Notes: generated by a model from the letters alone, not told the origin. A stretch of 64,000 nt of DNA from a bacterium (GCA_963623485.1 CAVFLV010000014.1:6461-70460), one strand, 5' to 3'; shown: positions 38,433-47,615, numbered from the stretch's first letter. Numbers and translations are program-made.

Positions 38433-38858
38433 CTATTCAGTCACTTCTACGCCCATCGAGCGCGCCGTGCCGGCCACAATTTTAATCGCGCCTTCGATAT
38501 CGACCGCGTTAAGCTGGTCCATCTTCTTCTCGGCGATTTCTTGTAGCTGAGCCTTCGTAATCGTCCCGACTTTCTCGGTGTTTGGCTTACCCGAACCTTT
38601 TTGGATTTTAATCGCTTCGCGGATTAAGTCATCCACTGGTTGCCCGAGACATTTCCAGTCAAAAGTCCGATCATCGAACACCCTGAGGTGCACAATCACG
38701 TTCTTCCCCATAAATTCTTTGGTTGCTTCGTTAAATGGATTGATAAAATCCATCATATTTAGCCCCCACTGACCCAACGTCGAGCCAACTGGAGGTCCAG
38801 CCGTAGCTTTACCGCCTGGAATTCGGAGTTTCAAATTCCCGATAACTTTCTTTGCCAT
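38433..38858 (-). CDS. rplK: 50S ribosomal protein L11
   Basis: MAKKVIGNLKLRIPGGKATAGPPVGSTLGQWGLNMMDF. Confidence 0.97.
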   Translation of the reverse strand: MAKKVIGNLKLRIPGGKATAGPPVGSTLGQWGLNMMDFINPFNEATKEFMGKNVIVHLRVFDDRTFDWKCLGQPVDDLIREAIKIQKGSGKPNTEKVGTITKAQLQEIAEKKMDQLNAVDIEGAIKIVAGTARSMGVEVTE

Positions 38859-38922
38859 AAAAATACCTTTCTAGTGCGTAACTCCCCCAATTATATCATA
38901 AATCCTAAACGCAGTAAATAGT

Positions 38923-39468
38923 TTAAATTTGCTTGACTTGCAGAGCGTCAAGTTCGACCGGTGTTTCGCGCCCAAACATCGACACCATCACCTTAATCTT
39001 ACCCTTCGCCGCGTCGATTTCTGAAATCGCCCCGTCAAAGCCCTTGAACGGTCCGTCCGTGATCGATACCACTTCGCCGACTTCGTATTTCACCGAGAAC
39101 TTCGGGTCTTCCACGCCCATTCGCTTCTTGATTTTGGTGATTTCTTTTTCCGAGACCGGCGTCGGCTGGGTTCCCGTCCCAACAAATCCCGTCACCCCTG
39201 GGGTGTTGCGGATAATATACCACGTCTCATCCGATAATTTCATATCCACCAGTACGTAATTTTGCAAAATTTTTCGGTCCACAATTTTGCGCTTGCCGTT
39301 TCGGATTTCGATTTGTTTTTCCTTCGGCACAATCGCCTCAAAGATTTTCCCCGACATTTCAATCGAACCCACACGTTGGTTAATCGAATCCGCCACCTTG
39401 TCCTCGTATCCGCTATAGGTCGAAATCGCGTACCACGCTCGCGCCCCGTCGTATCTGTTTACTGCCAT
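38923..39468 (-). CDS. nusG: transcription termination/antitermination factor NusG
   Basis: WYAISTYSGYE NGN domain and KOW motif GEVVSITDGPFKGFDG. Confidence 0.95.
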   Translation of the reverse strand: MAVNRYDGARAWYAISTYSGYEDKVADSINQRVGSIEMSGKIFEAIVPKEKQIEIRNGKRKIVDRKILQNYVLVDMKLSDETWYIIRNTPGVTGFVGTGTQPTPVSEKEITKIKKRMGVEDPKFSVKYEVGEVVSITDGPFKGFDGAISEIDAAKGKIKVMVSMFGRETPVELDALQVKQI

Positions 39469-39479
39469 AAAACTCCTTT

Positions 39480-39878
39480 CTAATTATTTCCTAATATTAA
39501 ACTAAACAGCCACGTGAATAATAAATCCAGCAAAGTGATCAAAATCATGAAAAATGCTGAATAAATCACGATAGCTAGCACCATTTTCCAGGTCGCTTTG
39601 CGATTGGGCCAGCGCACCTGCCGTAGTTCTAACCACGAATCTCGCACATATCGCCAGAGATACACGAACGGTCGGAACAAAACAAACGGCTTTTTCCCTG
39701 ATTTTTGTTTTTTCTCATCACTCGCCAGCTGTTTTTTAGCTATTTTTTTCTCTGCACGCTTGGCTTTTTCGGTTTTTTTGTCTTTCACGACAACTTTTTT
39801 ACGAGTAATCGTCGGCGCGTCCGACTCAGCCTCTTTTTTAGGGCTATCCGACGCTTTAATCTTAGTGACTTTTGCCAT
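39480..39878 (-). CDS. secE: preprotein translocase subunit SecE with a Lys-rich N-terminal extension
   Basis: VRWPNRKATWKMVLAIVIYSAFFMILI C-terminal TM. Position upstream of nusG. Confidence 0.85.
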   Translation of the reverse strand: MAKVTKIKASDSPKKEAESDAPTITRKKVVVKDKKTEKAKRAEKKIAKKQLASDEKKQKSGKKPFVLFRPFVYLWRYVRDSWLELRQVRWPNRKATWKMVLAIVIYSAFFMILITLLDLLFTWLFSLILGNN

Positions 39879-39932
39879 CTTACTCCTTTTTTAGTATCAA
39901 AAAAGTCTGATACCAGACTTGTCAATAGTATA

Positions 39933-41678
39933 CTACACCGGGAACAAATAGTCAAGATAATCCTGCATCATTCGCGCGCCGGAAATTGTCGGCAAAAACT
40001 CCGCCAGTTCGGTTTTAATCTCAAACTCCAAATCAAAATCATTTTCCCAAATTGCCGCCGCTTCACTCATCCGTTGATATAGCGCATCCAGCTCTTCGTC
40101 TTCGTTTAAACCCGAGACATTAAGATACGCCTTGCTCGAGCCGTCCGCCACCCCGCCGTCATGTGTCGAAATCAGCAAATTTAAATTCGCAATGTCTTTC
40201 ATCCACGACGTCCCGCACGCCTCTAGCCCGACAATCGGAATATTAATCGCCGCGTTACAACCACAAGACAATCCAAAAGCCAATTTTTCGTCATAATCCG
40301 CAATATAATGCACATGCTCGCGCAGATAATCGTCCCCCGCCACCGCTTCGAGCAAGTTTTTTAGTTTTTCCGACATATTTTCATCGCCCGCATGTACTCG
40401 TCCAGCCAAAATATAATGCGCTCCTGCCGGTTCCAAAACTTTGCGCAATTTCTTTGGGTCGCGAAACGGCATTTCTGGCCGCTTATAATCAACAAACCTC
40501 CGTCGAAAACCGAAAATAAAGTCGTTATCTTCAAGATGCAGGATTTTTCCGTTTTGATCCGGGCGGTTTTCCAAGGCTTGGTTGAGCACTTCACGCCCCT
40601 TTTTCTTAAAATCTCGAATTTCCGATGCTGTGATTGTGTCAATTTTTTCAATAAAGTTTTCAGTCGGTCGCCCCACAGGGTCAATAATCTCACTTTTTTC
40701 ATAAAAATCTCGAATTTCCGGCAGCACCCACTTGTCCAGGTCAATTCCGTTCGTAATCGCCTTAAATTTCACTTTATTTCCCGCCACGTCGTGATAATTC
40801 GCTACCCGCGCGTGCAATTTCGACACTCCGCTTCTTAGTTCGGCGATTTCAATCGTCACGCTCGAGAGTTTAATCCGCCCATTTTCAAACTTATCCGCCA
40901 GCCATTTTTTCACTGCCAGCGATTTTAGATTCGGAAACACAAACCGCTCGAATTGTTCAAACGAAAAATCCGCCTCGGCCGCCTGGACTAAAGTATGGTT
41001 CGTGTATAAAGTATGCTTCCTGGTGTAAACCACCGCCTCGTAAAAATCCATGCCATTACGCACCAGTTCGTCCAGCCGCGCAAGCGCCGCAAAAAAGGTC
41101 GCCACTTCGTTTAACTGCATAATCGCCGGCTTTAGCCCAAGTAATTTTAGCGCCGCATAACCACCAAAACCGAGCGACACTTCTTGGTAAAGTCGGTGGT
41201 CCGAACCGCTCATGCCCGAATATAATTCGCCAAAATTCGGCTCGGTGATCGAAATAATCCGCGTGTTTTTGAACGCTTTTTCGATTACATCTAAACCGCA
41301 CAGCATTCCGCAACATTTAATATGCACTTTGTCGATAAATCGAAATCCGAACTTTTTGTAATCCACCGGTTTATGCTCGTCTATTATTCGCCCGTCGACT
41401 AACTTTTGCTCGACCTCGTAGGGATAAAACGGCGTAATTAGCGCCAGCGGCACCCCCATTTTTTCCGCCACTCGGCGCGTATCGGCGGCCAAAATCCCGA
41501 GTCCGCCCCCGCCACGAATCCCGTTTTCTTGGTCATAAAGCTCAATCGTCCAATAAGTATACGGTCGCTCCTTCGACACCGCCTTGGTTAGCCGTCCGCG
41601 CTCGACCGCCTCGTAAAAAATATCCACGTCTTCAATATTTTCTAGTGGATGAAAAGCATACTGCCCATCGTCGTTCAT
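39933..41678 (-). CDS. glgP: alpha-glucan (glycogen/maltodextrin) phosphorylase, short GT35 type
   Basis: GGGGLGILAADT, YTNHTLV, EACGTSWMK (PLP lysine region). Confidence 0.8.
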   Translation of the reverse strand: MNDDGQYAFHPLENIEDVDIFYEAVERGRLTKAVSKERPYTYWTIELYDQENGIRGGGGLGILAADTRRVAEKMGVPLALITPFYPYEVEQKLVDGRIIDEHKPVDYKKFGFRFIDKVHIKCCGMLCGLDVIEKAFKNTRIISITEPNFGELYSGMSGSDHRLYQEVSLGFGGYAALKLLGLKPAIMQLNEVATFFAALARLDELVRNGMDFYEAVVYTRKHTLYTNHTLVQAAEADFSFEQFERFVFPNLKSLAVKKWLADKFENGRIKLSSVTIEIAELRSGVSKLHARVANYHDVAGNKVKFKAITNGIDLDKWVLPEIRDFYEKSEIIDPVGRPTENFIEKIDTITASEIRDFKKKGREVLNQALENRPDQNGKILHLEDNDFIFGFRRRFVDYKRPEMPFRDPKKLRKVLEPAGAHYILAGRVHAGDENMSEKLKNLLEAVAGDDYLREHVHYIADYDEKLAFGLSCGCNAAINIPIVGLEACGTSWMKDIANLNLLISTHDGGVADGSSKAYLNVSGLNEDEELDALYQRMSEAAAIWENDFDLEFEIKTELAEFLPTISGARMMQDYLDYLFPV

Positions 41679-41771
41679 GCTTATGATTATATCATAAAAT
41701 TAGCCGAAATATAATCGTTTTGCAAAAAACCGCTAGTCGTCAAAATTGGTATTTAAATCAAGCTAGCGACT

Positions 41772-42731
41772 TTAGTACCAAAACTTTTTCGGCAGCTCAT
41801 CCGCAATCCGTTGATGAAATTCACGGTCAAACCCCTCGAGCCGTTTCGGATTTTTAGTTTTGAAATATTTTTCACGAATATATTTTGCGGTCATAATTTT
41901 GCCCGGAATTAACCGATATTTTTTATAGAAATTCAGCCCCGATTTATAATCTTCCGGCGGCAGCACTGCCATCGGCAGAAAATCACAGTTCACTTCTGGG
42001 TCGGAAAGCAATTTTATCGCGAGTAGCGCCATGGTCGGAATAATTTCCTCCGTGCCTTTATAGGCTTCCTCGGACTTAAACACGGTCGCCTGGCGAGTTG
42101 CCGACGGCGCCACAAAAATCACACCACCTTTTTTCACGGCTTCGTGCGACAAATTCGTATAAATATCGCGAAATTCACGCTTCAGCCGGTTTGCCACTTC
42201 GTATTTTTTTGTGCCTTCGTTAAGCCCCATTTTTTGCCATGTCGACGGCGTAATCGTCGGGGTAATGATAATCCCGAGCCGGCGAATGCGGTCAAAATTC
42301 GGCGCGAGCGCCTCGTACCACGGCAAATTCACCGGAAAATACATCGGTTTTTCGCCCATAATATCAATTTTCATTGTCAAGATTCGCGCGATTTCGCCTA
42401 GGCTCGGATGATTGTAGCCGATCACCAGCCCGTTTTTCGTGTCTTTTGGCATTCCGCGATAACTCCCCGGCGTAATTTTTGACAAAACTTTCACCAGTTT
42501 GCGCCGCGCAGCCTGATTATGTTTCTCGACATCATATTTCGGCCCGGTCGTGCGGAAAAAATAGTTAATCGCCGTATTGCAGGCCTTCCCCACTGGTACC
42601 ATTTCTTTACGCAAATCTTCCGACCCTAGCGTCGTCAGCAGAGAATAATTTTCGTATTTAATTTTTTCAATCACCTCTTCCGCTGTCATATTTTCCAGCT
42701 CAGAGATCGTAAAAGTTTTCTTTTTTGCCAT
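41772..42731 (-). CDS. hypothetical protein, possible acyltransferase (H-x4-E)
   Basis: GYNHPSLGE resembles the HX4D/E acyltransferase motif and FVAPSATR resembles the FPEGTR block. Weak call. Confidence 0.35.
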   Translation of the reverse strand: MAKKKTFTISELENMTAEEVIEKIKYENYSLLTTLGSEDLRKEMVPVGKACNTAINYFFRTTGPKYDVEKHNQAARRKLVKVLSKITPGSYRGMPKDTKNGLVIGYNHPSLGEIARILTMKIDIMGEKPMYFPVNLPWYEALAPNFDRIRRLGIIITPTITPSTWQKMGLNEGTKKYEVANRLKREFRDIYTNLSHEAVKKGGVIFVAPSATRQATVFKSEEAYKGTEEIIPTMALLAIKLLSDPEVNCDFLPMAVLPPEDYKSGLNFYKKYRLIPGKIMTAKYIREKYFKTKNPKRLEGFDREFHQRIADELPKKFWY

Positions 42732-42779
42732 AAACTAATTATAGCATTTTTCCGCAAAATATGATAAAATATAAACCAT

Positions 42780-42854
42780 TGGAGCGTCGCCAAGTGGTAA
42801 GGCAGCGGGTTCTGGTCCCGCCATTCGGGGGTTCGAGTCCCTCCGCTCCAGCCA
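42780..42854 (+). tRNA. tRNA-Gln (anticodon CTG)
   Basis: Hand-folded cloverleaf. Acceptor TGGAGCG/CGCTCCA (U1-A72), anticodon loop TTCTGGT, T arm GGGGG TTCGAGT CCCTC, encoded GCCA end. Confidence 0.88.
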
Positions 42855-42855
42855 T

Positions 42856-42888
42856 AAAAATTCCAGAGCATTTGCTCTGGAATTTTTA
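42856..42888 (+). terminator. intrinsic terminator after tRNA-Gln
   Basis: aaaaattccagagca / tgctctggaattttt stem followed by a T-run. Confidence 0.8.
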
Positions 42889-42898
42889 TGATTAGAAC

Positions 42899-43021
42899 AG
42901 GAGGGACGAGAACCCGTAGGGTTCGGACGCCGTAGGAGCCGAGCAAAAAGAAAACTTGTTTTCTTTTTAGAGGCGACGCCCGGCGTCTCATTTTTGCGTA
43001 GCAAAAATGAGTGTCCCTCCG
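42899..43021. other. structured intergenic element (multi-hairpin closed by an 8-bp helix); candidate ncRNA or compound terminator
   Basis: GGAGGGAC (42900-07) pairs with GTCCCTCC (43013-20). It encloses the hairpins gaaccc-gta-gggttc, aaaaagaaaa/ttttcttttt and tcatttttgc-gta-gcaaaaatga, plus gacgcc/ggcgtc. Confidence 0.3.
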
Positions 43022-43057
43022 CTTCGATCACTAGAAAAACTCGTTTTTCTAGATTTC

Positions 43058-43921
43058 CTAAAGTACTAACTTGGATTTCTTTTTCTTGTGCTTCGCGATA
43101 ACACCAATGATTCCAGCCACTATTGCCCCAAAAGTCGCAAATATTAAAATCAAAAACCAAATCGGGCAAATTAATACATTTACCGCCTCGACCGACGACA
43201 GCCCCAGGTAATACACGGTTTGCTCGATATGTACCATCCCAAACAGCGGCAAATTGTCCACCTCGCGCGAAATATACCGCTCTGAATTCGGCATCACGAC
43301 CTCGGTGTAGCGCCCCGCGTTATCCTCGGTCGGCAAAATCGTCTCGCCGGTAAACATATTCGTTGCTTTGATCGTAATCGTCGCCTCTTCGTGCACATTA
43401 CCCTCGTTCGAGAGTCTCGCCGTTACCTTGACCGGCGCCGTCGCTGAAAATGCCGGCACGGTGTTTTCAGCGATTGTCCCAACGTGATTAATCTCGCCGT
43501 CCACCGAGGCGTAAATAATGCTCGCCATCTCAAACACGTTTTCGATCGCCACGCTCCCGTCCGTGGTCGGCACGCTATTCGACCCCACCGTAATCGTCGC
43601 ATATTGCCCACCACCGGCCGCGTCCTCCGGCACAGTAATTTTAAAGTTCACCTTTGCCGAAGAGTTCGGCGCCAGCGTCCCTGTCGGGTTCTCGATCGTA
43701 ATCCAGTCCACAATCGCCGACATATTCGACCGCGTCGCAAGGTCCGCCGCATATTCCTCACCAATCACACTATACGGCGTCACCGACACCTTATACGAAA
43801 AATCCGTTTTCGCGTCCGCCGGATTAACTACCGTAATCGAACCCTCGTATTCCTCCCCCGGCGTTAGGTAAAACTTCTGATTCATCGGCATCACCGTGAA
43901 CATATTCCCAAAATCTTCCAT
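43058..43921 (-). CDS. hypothetical cell-surface protein with C-terminal TM anchor (DUF916/DUF3324-like layout)
   Basis: Beta-rich ectodomain (..FYLTPGEEYEGSITVVNPADA..). C-terminal TM followed by the KHKKKKSK stop-transfer. Confidence 0.4.
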   Translation of the reverse strand: MEDFGNMFTVMPMNQKFYLTPGEEYEGSITVVNPADAKTDFSYKVSVTPYSVIGEEYAADLATRSNMSAIVDWITIENPTGTLAPNSSAKVNFKITVPEDAAGGGQYATITVGSNSVPTTDGSVAIENVFEMASIIYASVDGEINHVGTIAENTVPAFSATAPVKVTARLSNEGNVHEEATITIKATNMFTGETILPTEDNAGRYTEVVMPNSERYISREVDNLPLFGMVHIEQTVYYLGLSSVEAVNVLICPIWFLILIFATFGAIVAGIIGVIAKHKKKKSKLVL

Positions 43922-44023
43922 AGTCCTCCACTTTACTTAACTTTATTATACCACACTTGTTTTTAGTTTACCTTTTGGCTTTTGTGCTGACTTAAGCCGC
44001 GCCCCCGCCCGTGGGGCGGGCCG

Positions 44024-45217
44024 TCAAACCTCGCCGATCAGCTTAACCGACTCGCCTTCCGGTAGCTCCTCCACGTCTTTTAGTTTTCGCTCTATCTGGC
44101 GCGAAGTGGTTTTGGCACTCTCTATCTTATTTGCGGATTCTTGGAGCTTTTTCTGTACCCCGTCCAGCAAGTCGCCAAATTTCCCAAACTGCGTTTTAAT
44201 CGCCCCGAGAGTTTGCCAGACTTCCGCCGAGCGTTTTTCGATCGCCACCGTGCGAAAGCCCATTAAAAGCCCCGAGAGCATCACCGGCAAAGTCGACGGC
44301 GAGGCGATGGTAATGTTAAATTTCTGCCGAATTTCATCCGACAGCCCTGGAATCCGAATAATTTCCGCATACAAACTTTCCGTCGGCACAAACATAATCC
44401 CAAAATCCGTAGTTTTCGGCGGATCGATATATTTCGTCGAAATCTTTTTTGCCTGCTCCTTTACGTCCGCGCCGAGCGCCTTCTGATAAAGCGCAATTTC
44501 CGCCTTGTCACCGTTATCATACGCCGCAATCAAGCGTGAATAATTCTCAACCGGAAACTTCGAGTCAATCGGCAGATAAACGTCCGTCTCCTTCCCTGGC
44601 ATTTTCACCGCAAATTCCACCCGATCGCTCGACCCCTGTTTCGTAATCACATTTTCCTCGTATTGCGACTTGTTTAGGCTATCTTCAATAATCGCGCCGA
44701 GTTGCACCTCACCATAAATCCCCCGCGTCTTCACCCCCTCCATCACTTTTTTCAAGTCTCCCACCCCTGTCGCCAAAGTTTTCATCTCGCCAAGCCCCTG
44801 ATAAACCTGCGTCAACTGGTTCGAAATCGCCTTAAAACTCTCATTAAACCGTTTTTCGACCGATGCCCGCAGTTTTTCGTCCACCGTTTCGCGCATTTCC
44901 TCGAGTTTTTTCTCGTTGCCAGCGCGGAGCTCCTCGATGCTTTTGGCGTTGCTACTCTGCATCCGTTCGATACTTTTGGCACTACTATTTTGCATCCGCT
45001 CCAGGCTTTCCGCAATTTCCTTCCGATTTTCCCGAAAATTTCGGTCAATTGCCGGACTAATCTTCGAAATTTCCCCGTCAATCCGGATTAATTTCTCCTC
45101 CAATTGCTTTAATTCTGCCTTTTCGGCATTATTTTCCGTCCCCGGCTTCTTAAAAATCGCCACTAAGAGAAGCCCAATAATCACCACCCCCATCACACCT
45201 AAAACTATACTATCCAT
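44024..45217 (-). CDS. rmuC: DNA recombination protein RmuC
   Basis: N-terminal TM, coiled coil and a conserved C-terminal RmuC region (..FGIMFVPTESLYAE.. AIEKRSAEVWQTLGAIK..). ATG 45217 lies 6 nt after TGGTATAAT. Confidence 0.8.
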   Translation of the reverse strand: MDSIVLGVMGVVIIGLLLVAIFKKPGTENNAEKAELKQLEEKLIRIDGEISKISPAIDRNFRENRKEIAESLERMQNSSAKSIERMQSSNAKSIEELRAGNEKKLEEMRETVDEKLRASVEKRFNESFKAISNQLTQVYQGLGEMKTLATGVGDLKKVMEGVKTRGIYGEVQLGAIIEDSLNKSQYEENVITKQGSSDRVEFAVKMPGKETDVYLPIDSKFPVENYSRLIAAYDNGDKAEIALYQKALGADVKEQAKKISTKYIDPPKTTDFGIMFVPTESLYAEIIRIPGLSDEIRQKFNITIASPSTLPVMLSGLLMGFRTVAIEKRSAEVWQTLGAIKTQFGKFGDLLDGVQKKLQESANKIESAKTTSRQIERKLKDVEELPEGESVKLIGEV

Positions 45218-45254
45218 AACCTCATTATACCACAAAAGACGATACTACAAAAAA

Positions 45255-45339
45255 TGGAGCCGTTTACGAAGTTCCGGTCTCCATTTTTTACGCAGTAAAA
45301 ATTTTTGGAGCCGTTTACGAAGTTCCGGTCTCCATTTTT
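45255..45339 (-). repeat. two copies of a 34-nt hairpin/terminator module (period 51 nt) downstream of tRNA-Thr
   Basis: tggagccgtttacgaagttccggtctccattttt at 45255-45288 and 45306-45339. The first 8 nt (tggagccg) are identical to the plus-strand image of the tRNA-Thr 3' end. Confidence 0.85.
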
Positions 45340-45351
45340 ATGAAATAAAAA

Positions 45352-45427
45352 TGGAGCCGACTGTCGGGATCGAACCGACGACCTACGGTTTACAAAACCG
45401 TTGCTCTGCCAGCTGAGCTAAGTCGGC
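45352..45427 (-). tRNA. tRNA-Thr (anticodon TGT)
   Basis: Reverse complement GCCGACTTAGCTCAGCTGGCAGAGCAACGGTTTTGTAAACCGTAGGTCGTCGGTTCGATCCCGACAGTCGGCTCCA folds as a cloverleaf. Confidence 0.93.
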
Positions 45428-45451
45428 AACCACTTTTATTATACCACAATT

Positions 45452-45991
45452 TTAATAATTGCTAGCCTTAATTTCGAAATACGCCTGCGGATGCGCGCAC
45501 ACCGGACAAATTTCCGGCGCATCCTTGCCGACCACAATATGCCCACAATTTCGGCACACCCAAATCGCCTCACCGTCGCGCGAAAAAACCTTTTTCGTCT
45601 CGACGTTCTCTAGCAACTTCAAAAACCGCTCTTCGTGCGACTTTTCAATCGCTGCCACCCCTTCAAACTTTTCCGCAAGCTCATTAAAGCCTTCTTCGCG
45701 CGCAGTCTCGGCAAAACCCTTGTACATATCGGTATATTCGTAATTTTCGCCCGCCGCTGCCGACTTTAAGTTTTCCGCCGTCCCGGCGATTTCTCCGCCA
45801 CAAAGTTCCTTAAACCACATTTTGGCGTGCTCTTTTTCGTTGTTTGCCGTCTCCTCAAACAGCGCTGCAATCTGCTCAAACCCCTCTTTTTTCGCCTTTG
45901 ACGCAAAATATGAGTATTTATTACGCGCTTCGCTCTCCCCAGCAAACGCCTTTTTCAAATTTTCATAGGTTTTTGAACCTTCTAATTTCAT
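45452..45991 (-). CDS. rbr: rubrerythrin
   Basis: Ferritin-like diiron EE..H motifs plus a C-terminal rubredoxin CRNCGH..CPVC. Confidence 0.92.
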   Translation of the reverse strand: MKLEGSKTYENLKKAFAGESEARNKYSYFASKAKKEGFEQIAALFEETANNEKEHAKMWFKELCGGEIAGTAENLKSAAAGENYEYTDMYKGFAETAREEGFNELAEKFEGVAAIEKSHEERFLKLLENVETKKVFSRDGEAIWVCRNCGHIVVGKDAPEICPVCAHPQAYFEIKASNY

Positions 45992-46074
45992 ATTTCCTCC
46001 TTGCTTTCATTATATTATAATCTATGGCAAATTCCAACCGAAATACACCGAAATTGTGCTAAAATGAGGGTAAC

Positions 46075-46803
46075 ATGACGAAAAAATCATCAAAACGCCA
46101 GTTTGTATCCCAAAAATCTAATCCGACCGGGCCTTCAAAAACCGTTCCGGCCGTTCGTAGCCGCACGGTGGTCTATTCTGGTGCATTGTTTATTGCCGTA
46201 AATTTTTTGCTCGCGATATTTAACTTCTTTGCTGGAATTTTGTCGAACTCTCTCGCGATTATCTCTGACGCGGCGCACAGCCTGATCGACTCCGCCTCTG
46301 GTTTTATCATCATCATTAGCGAAAAACTCGCCAACTCTACTAAATTCAGCCCTCATCGCGCCAAAATCGAGCGCATCGCCACCATTTTTGTAGCTTTAAT
46401 TATTGTTGCCGTTGGCGCGCATCTTGTCATCGAGGCTGTCGAGAAGATTTTTACCCCCGAGCCGGTCGATTACCCTCCGCTCACGCTCGCGATTTTGGTG
46501 GTCGGGCTAATTATGAAATATGCCCTCGCGATATATCTAAAACGCACCGGGCAGAAACTCAATTCCAGCGTTCTCACTGCCTCTGGCGCCGAGACGATGA
46601 ACGACGCCTGGATTTCGGTCGCTGTGCTGGCTTCGGCACTAATTTATCTGATTTTCAATATCGACCTCGAGGCTTACCTTACCCTTGCGATTGCTGTTGT
46701 AATTATCAAAATCGGCGCCGAATTCATTTTTCCGCATCTTTCCGCCCATCACCACCATCCCTTCGAGTCCAATCCCGACCACGACCATTGTGAAAAACCC
46801 TAA
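46075..46803 (+). CDS. cation diffusion facilitator (CDF) family transporter, short form with His-rich tail
   Basis: AIISDAAHSLIDS motif in TM2, six TM helices, C-terminal SAHHHHPFESNPDHDHC. Confidence 0.75.
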   Translation: MTKKSSKRQFVSQKSNPTGPSKTVPAVRSRTVVYSGALFIAVNFLLAIFNFFAGILSNSLAIISDAAHSLIDSASGFIIIISEKLANSTKFSPHRAKIERIATIFVALIIVAVGAHLVIEAVEKIFTPEPVDYPPLTLAILVVGLIMKYALAIYLKRTGQKLNSSVLTASGAETMNDAWISVAVLASALIYLIFNIDLEAYLTLAIAVVIIKIGAEFIFPHLSAHHHHPFESNPDHDHCEKP

Positions 46804-46857
46804 ATTTTAACAAAATCCTTGGCAGCAAACATAATTTTTGATATAATAAACCTAGTT

Positions 46858-46943
46858 GCTGGAGTCGTCTAGTGGCAATGACAAGAGACTGTAAATCTCT
46901 CGCGCTTCGCGCTTCGTAGGTTCGAGTCCTACCTCCAGCACCA
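46858..46943 (+). tRNA. tRNA-Tyr (anticodon GTA), long variable arm
   Basis: Acceptor GCTGGAG/CTCCAGC, anticodon loop CTGTAAA, variable arm CGCGCTTCGCGC, T arm GTAGG TTCGAGT CCTAC, encoded ACCA. Confidence 0.93.
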
Positions 46944-46998
46944 CGTCCTATCGGACGCACATCAAAAATCAGGACGTCGGATTTCGCTTCGCTCAATG

Positions 46999-47019
46999 CG
47001 AGTCCTACCTCCAGCACCA
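46999..47019 (+). repeat. perfect 21-nt duplicate of the tRNA-Tyr 3' end (att-like scar)
   Basis: cgagtcctacctccagcacca occurs at 46923-46943 (inside the tRNA) and again at 46999-47019. The preceding ~20 nt resemble a degenerate variable arm. Confidence 0.9.
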
Positions 47020-47087
47020 CATTTTAAAAAACTACAACTCCTTCAGGGGTCTTTTTTATTTTTACCAGATATGCTACAATAAAAGCC

Positions 47088-47483
47088 ATGAAAATTGGAA
47101 AAATCATACCAAACGGGGTAAGTTTAGAAAAACACGAGAATGAAACGATAGTATTTTTCACTAACCTTGGGCGTAATATTGAGCTAATCCCACCTTCGAA
47201 TATTCCAAAGACTAAAACTCCCGATTTTACAATGGATGGCAAGTCCTGGGAGATGAAAAGCCCACAAGGCAAAAGCCGCGTCACCGTAGAACATGCTTCT
47301 AAACGCGCGGCGAAATAATCCGAGAACATCGTAATAGACCTAAGGCGCACTCAAATCCCCACAATCCAAGCAAGCCTTTCTTTAGAAAAATTATTTAAAG
47401 CCTCGCGTCGTGTGCGCCGTCTCAAGATTATCACTAGAGAACAGGAATTACTTGACTTTAAAAAAATGAGCATGCTACAATAA
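47088..47483 (+). pseudogene. small PD-(D/E)xK nuclease-like (toxin-domain-like) gene interrupted by an in-frame TAA
   Basis: TPDFTMDGKSWEMKSP gives PD..ExK. The 76-aa ORF stops at TAA 47316-18. The same frame then continues SENIVIDLRRTQ...LLDFKKMSMLQ* to 47483. TGCTACAAT lies 7 nt before the ATG. Confidence 0.6.
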
Positions 47484-47489
47484 AAATAC

Positions 47490-47537
47490 TGAGGGCGACC
47501 TTTTGTCGAAGAGCAAAAGGCCAAGCCCTCATTTTTT
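47490..47537 (+). terminator. intrinsic terminator
   Basis: tgagggc..ccttttg...caaaagg..gccctca followed by tttttt. Confidence 0.75.
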
Positions 47538-47615
47538 GGCGGCAAGCAAAACTACAAAACTGTTTATTTTTTTATCTTTTCTACAAAAATATGTGATATA
47601 ATAGGAAAAGAACAC

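Noticed and set aside
42686-43169. Minus-strand ORFs of 101 and 144 aa from the track
   Set aside because: They run antisense through tRNA-Gln, its terminator and the structured intergenic element. They have no SD and no homology.
44916-45416. 166-aa plus-strand ORF
   Set aside because: It lies antisense to rmuC and runs through the terminator repeats and tRNA-Thr. It is spurious.
46724-47020. 98-aa minus-strand ORF
   Set aside because: It lies antisense across tRNA-Tyr and its duplicated 3' end. It is spurious.
47316-47318. In-frame TAA as evidence for stop-codon reassignment
   Set aside because: TAA terminates many clearly complete genes here, for example rpsI, the sigma4/alphaCTD gene and the mini-ORF. 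A single nonsense mutation in an accessory gene is the simpler explanation.
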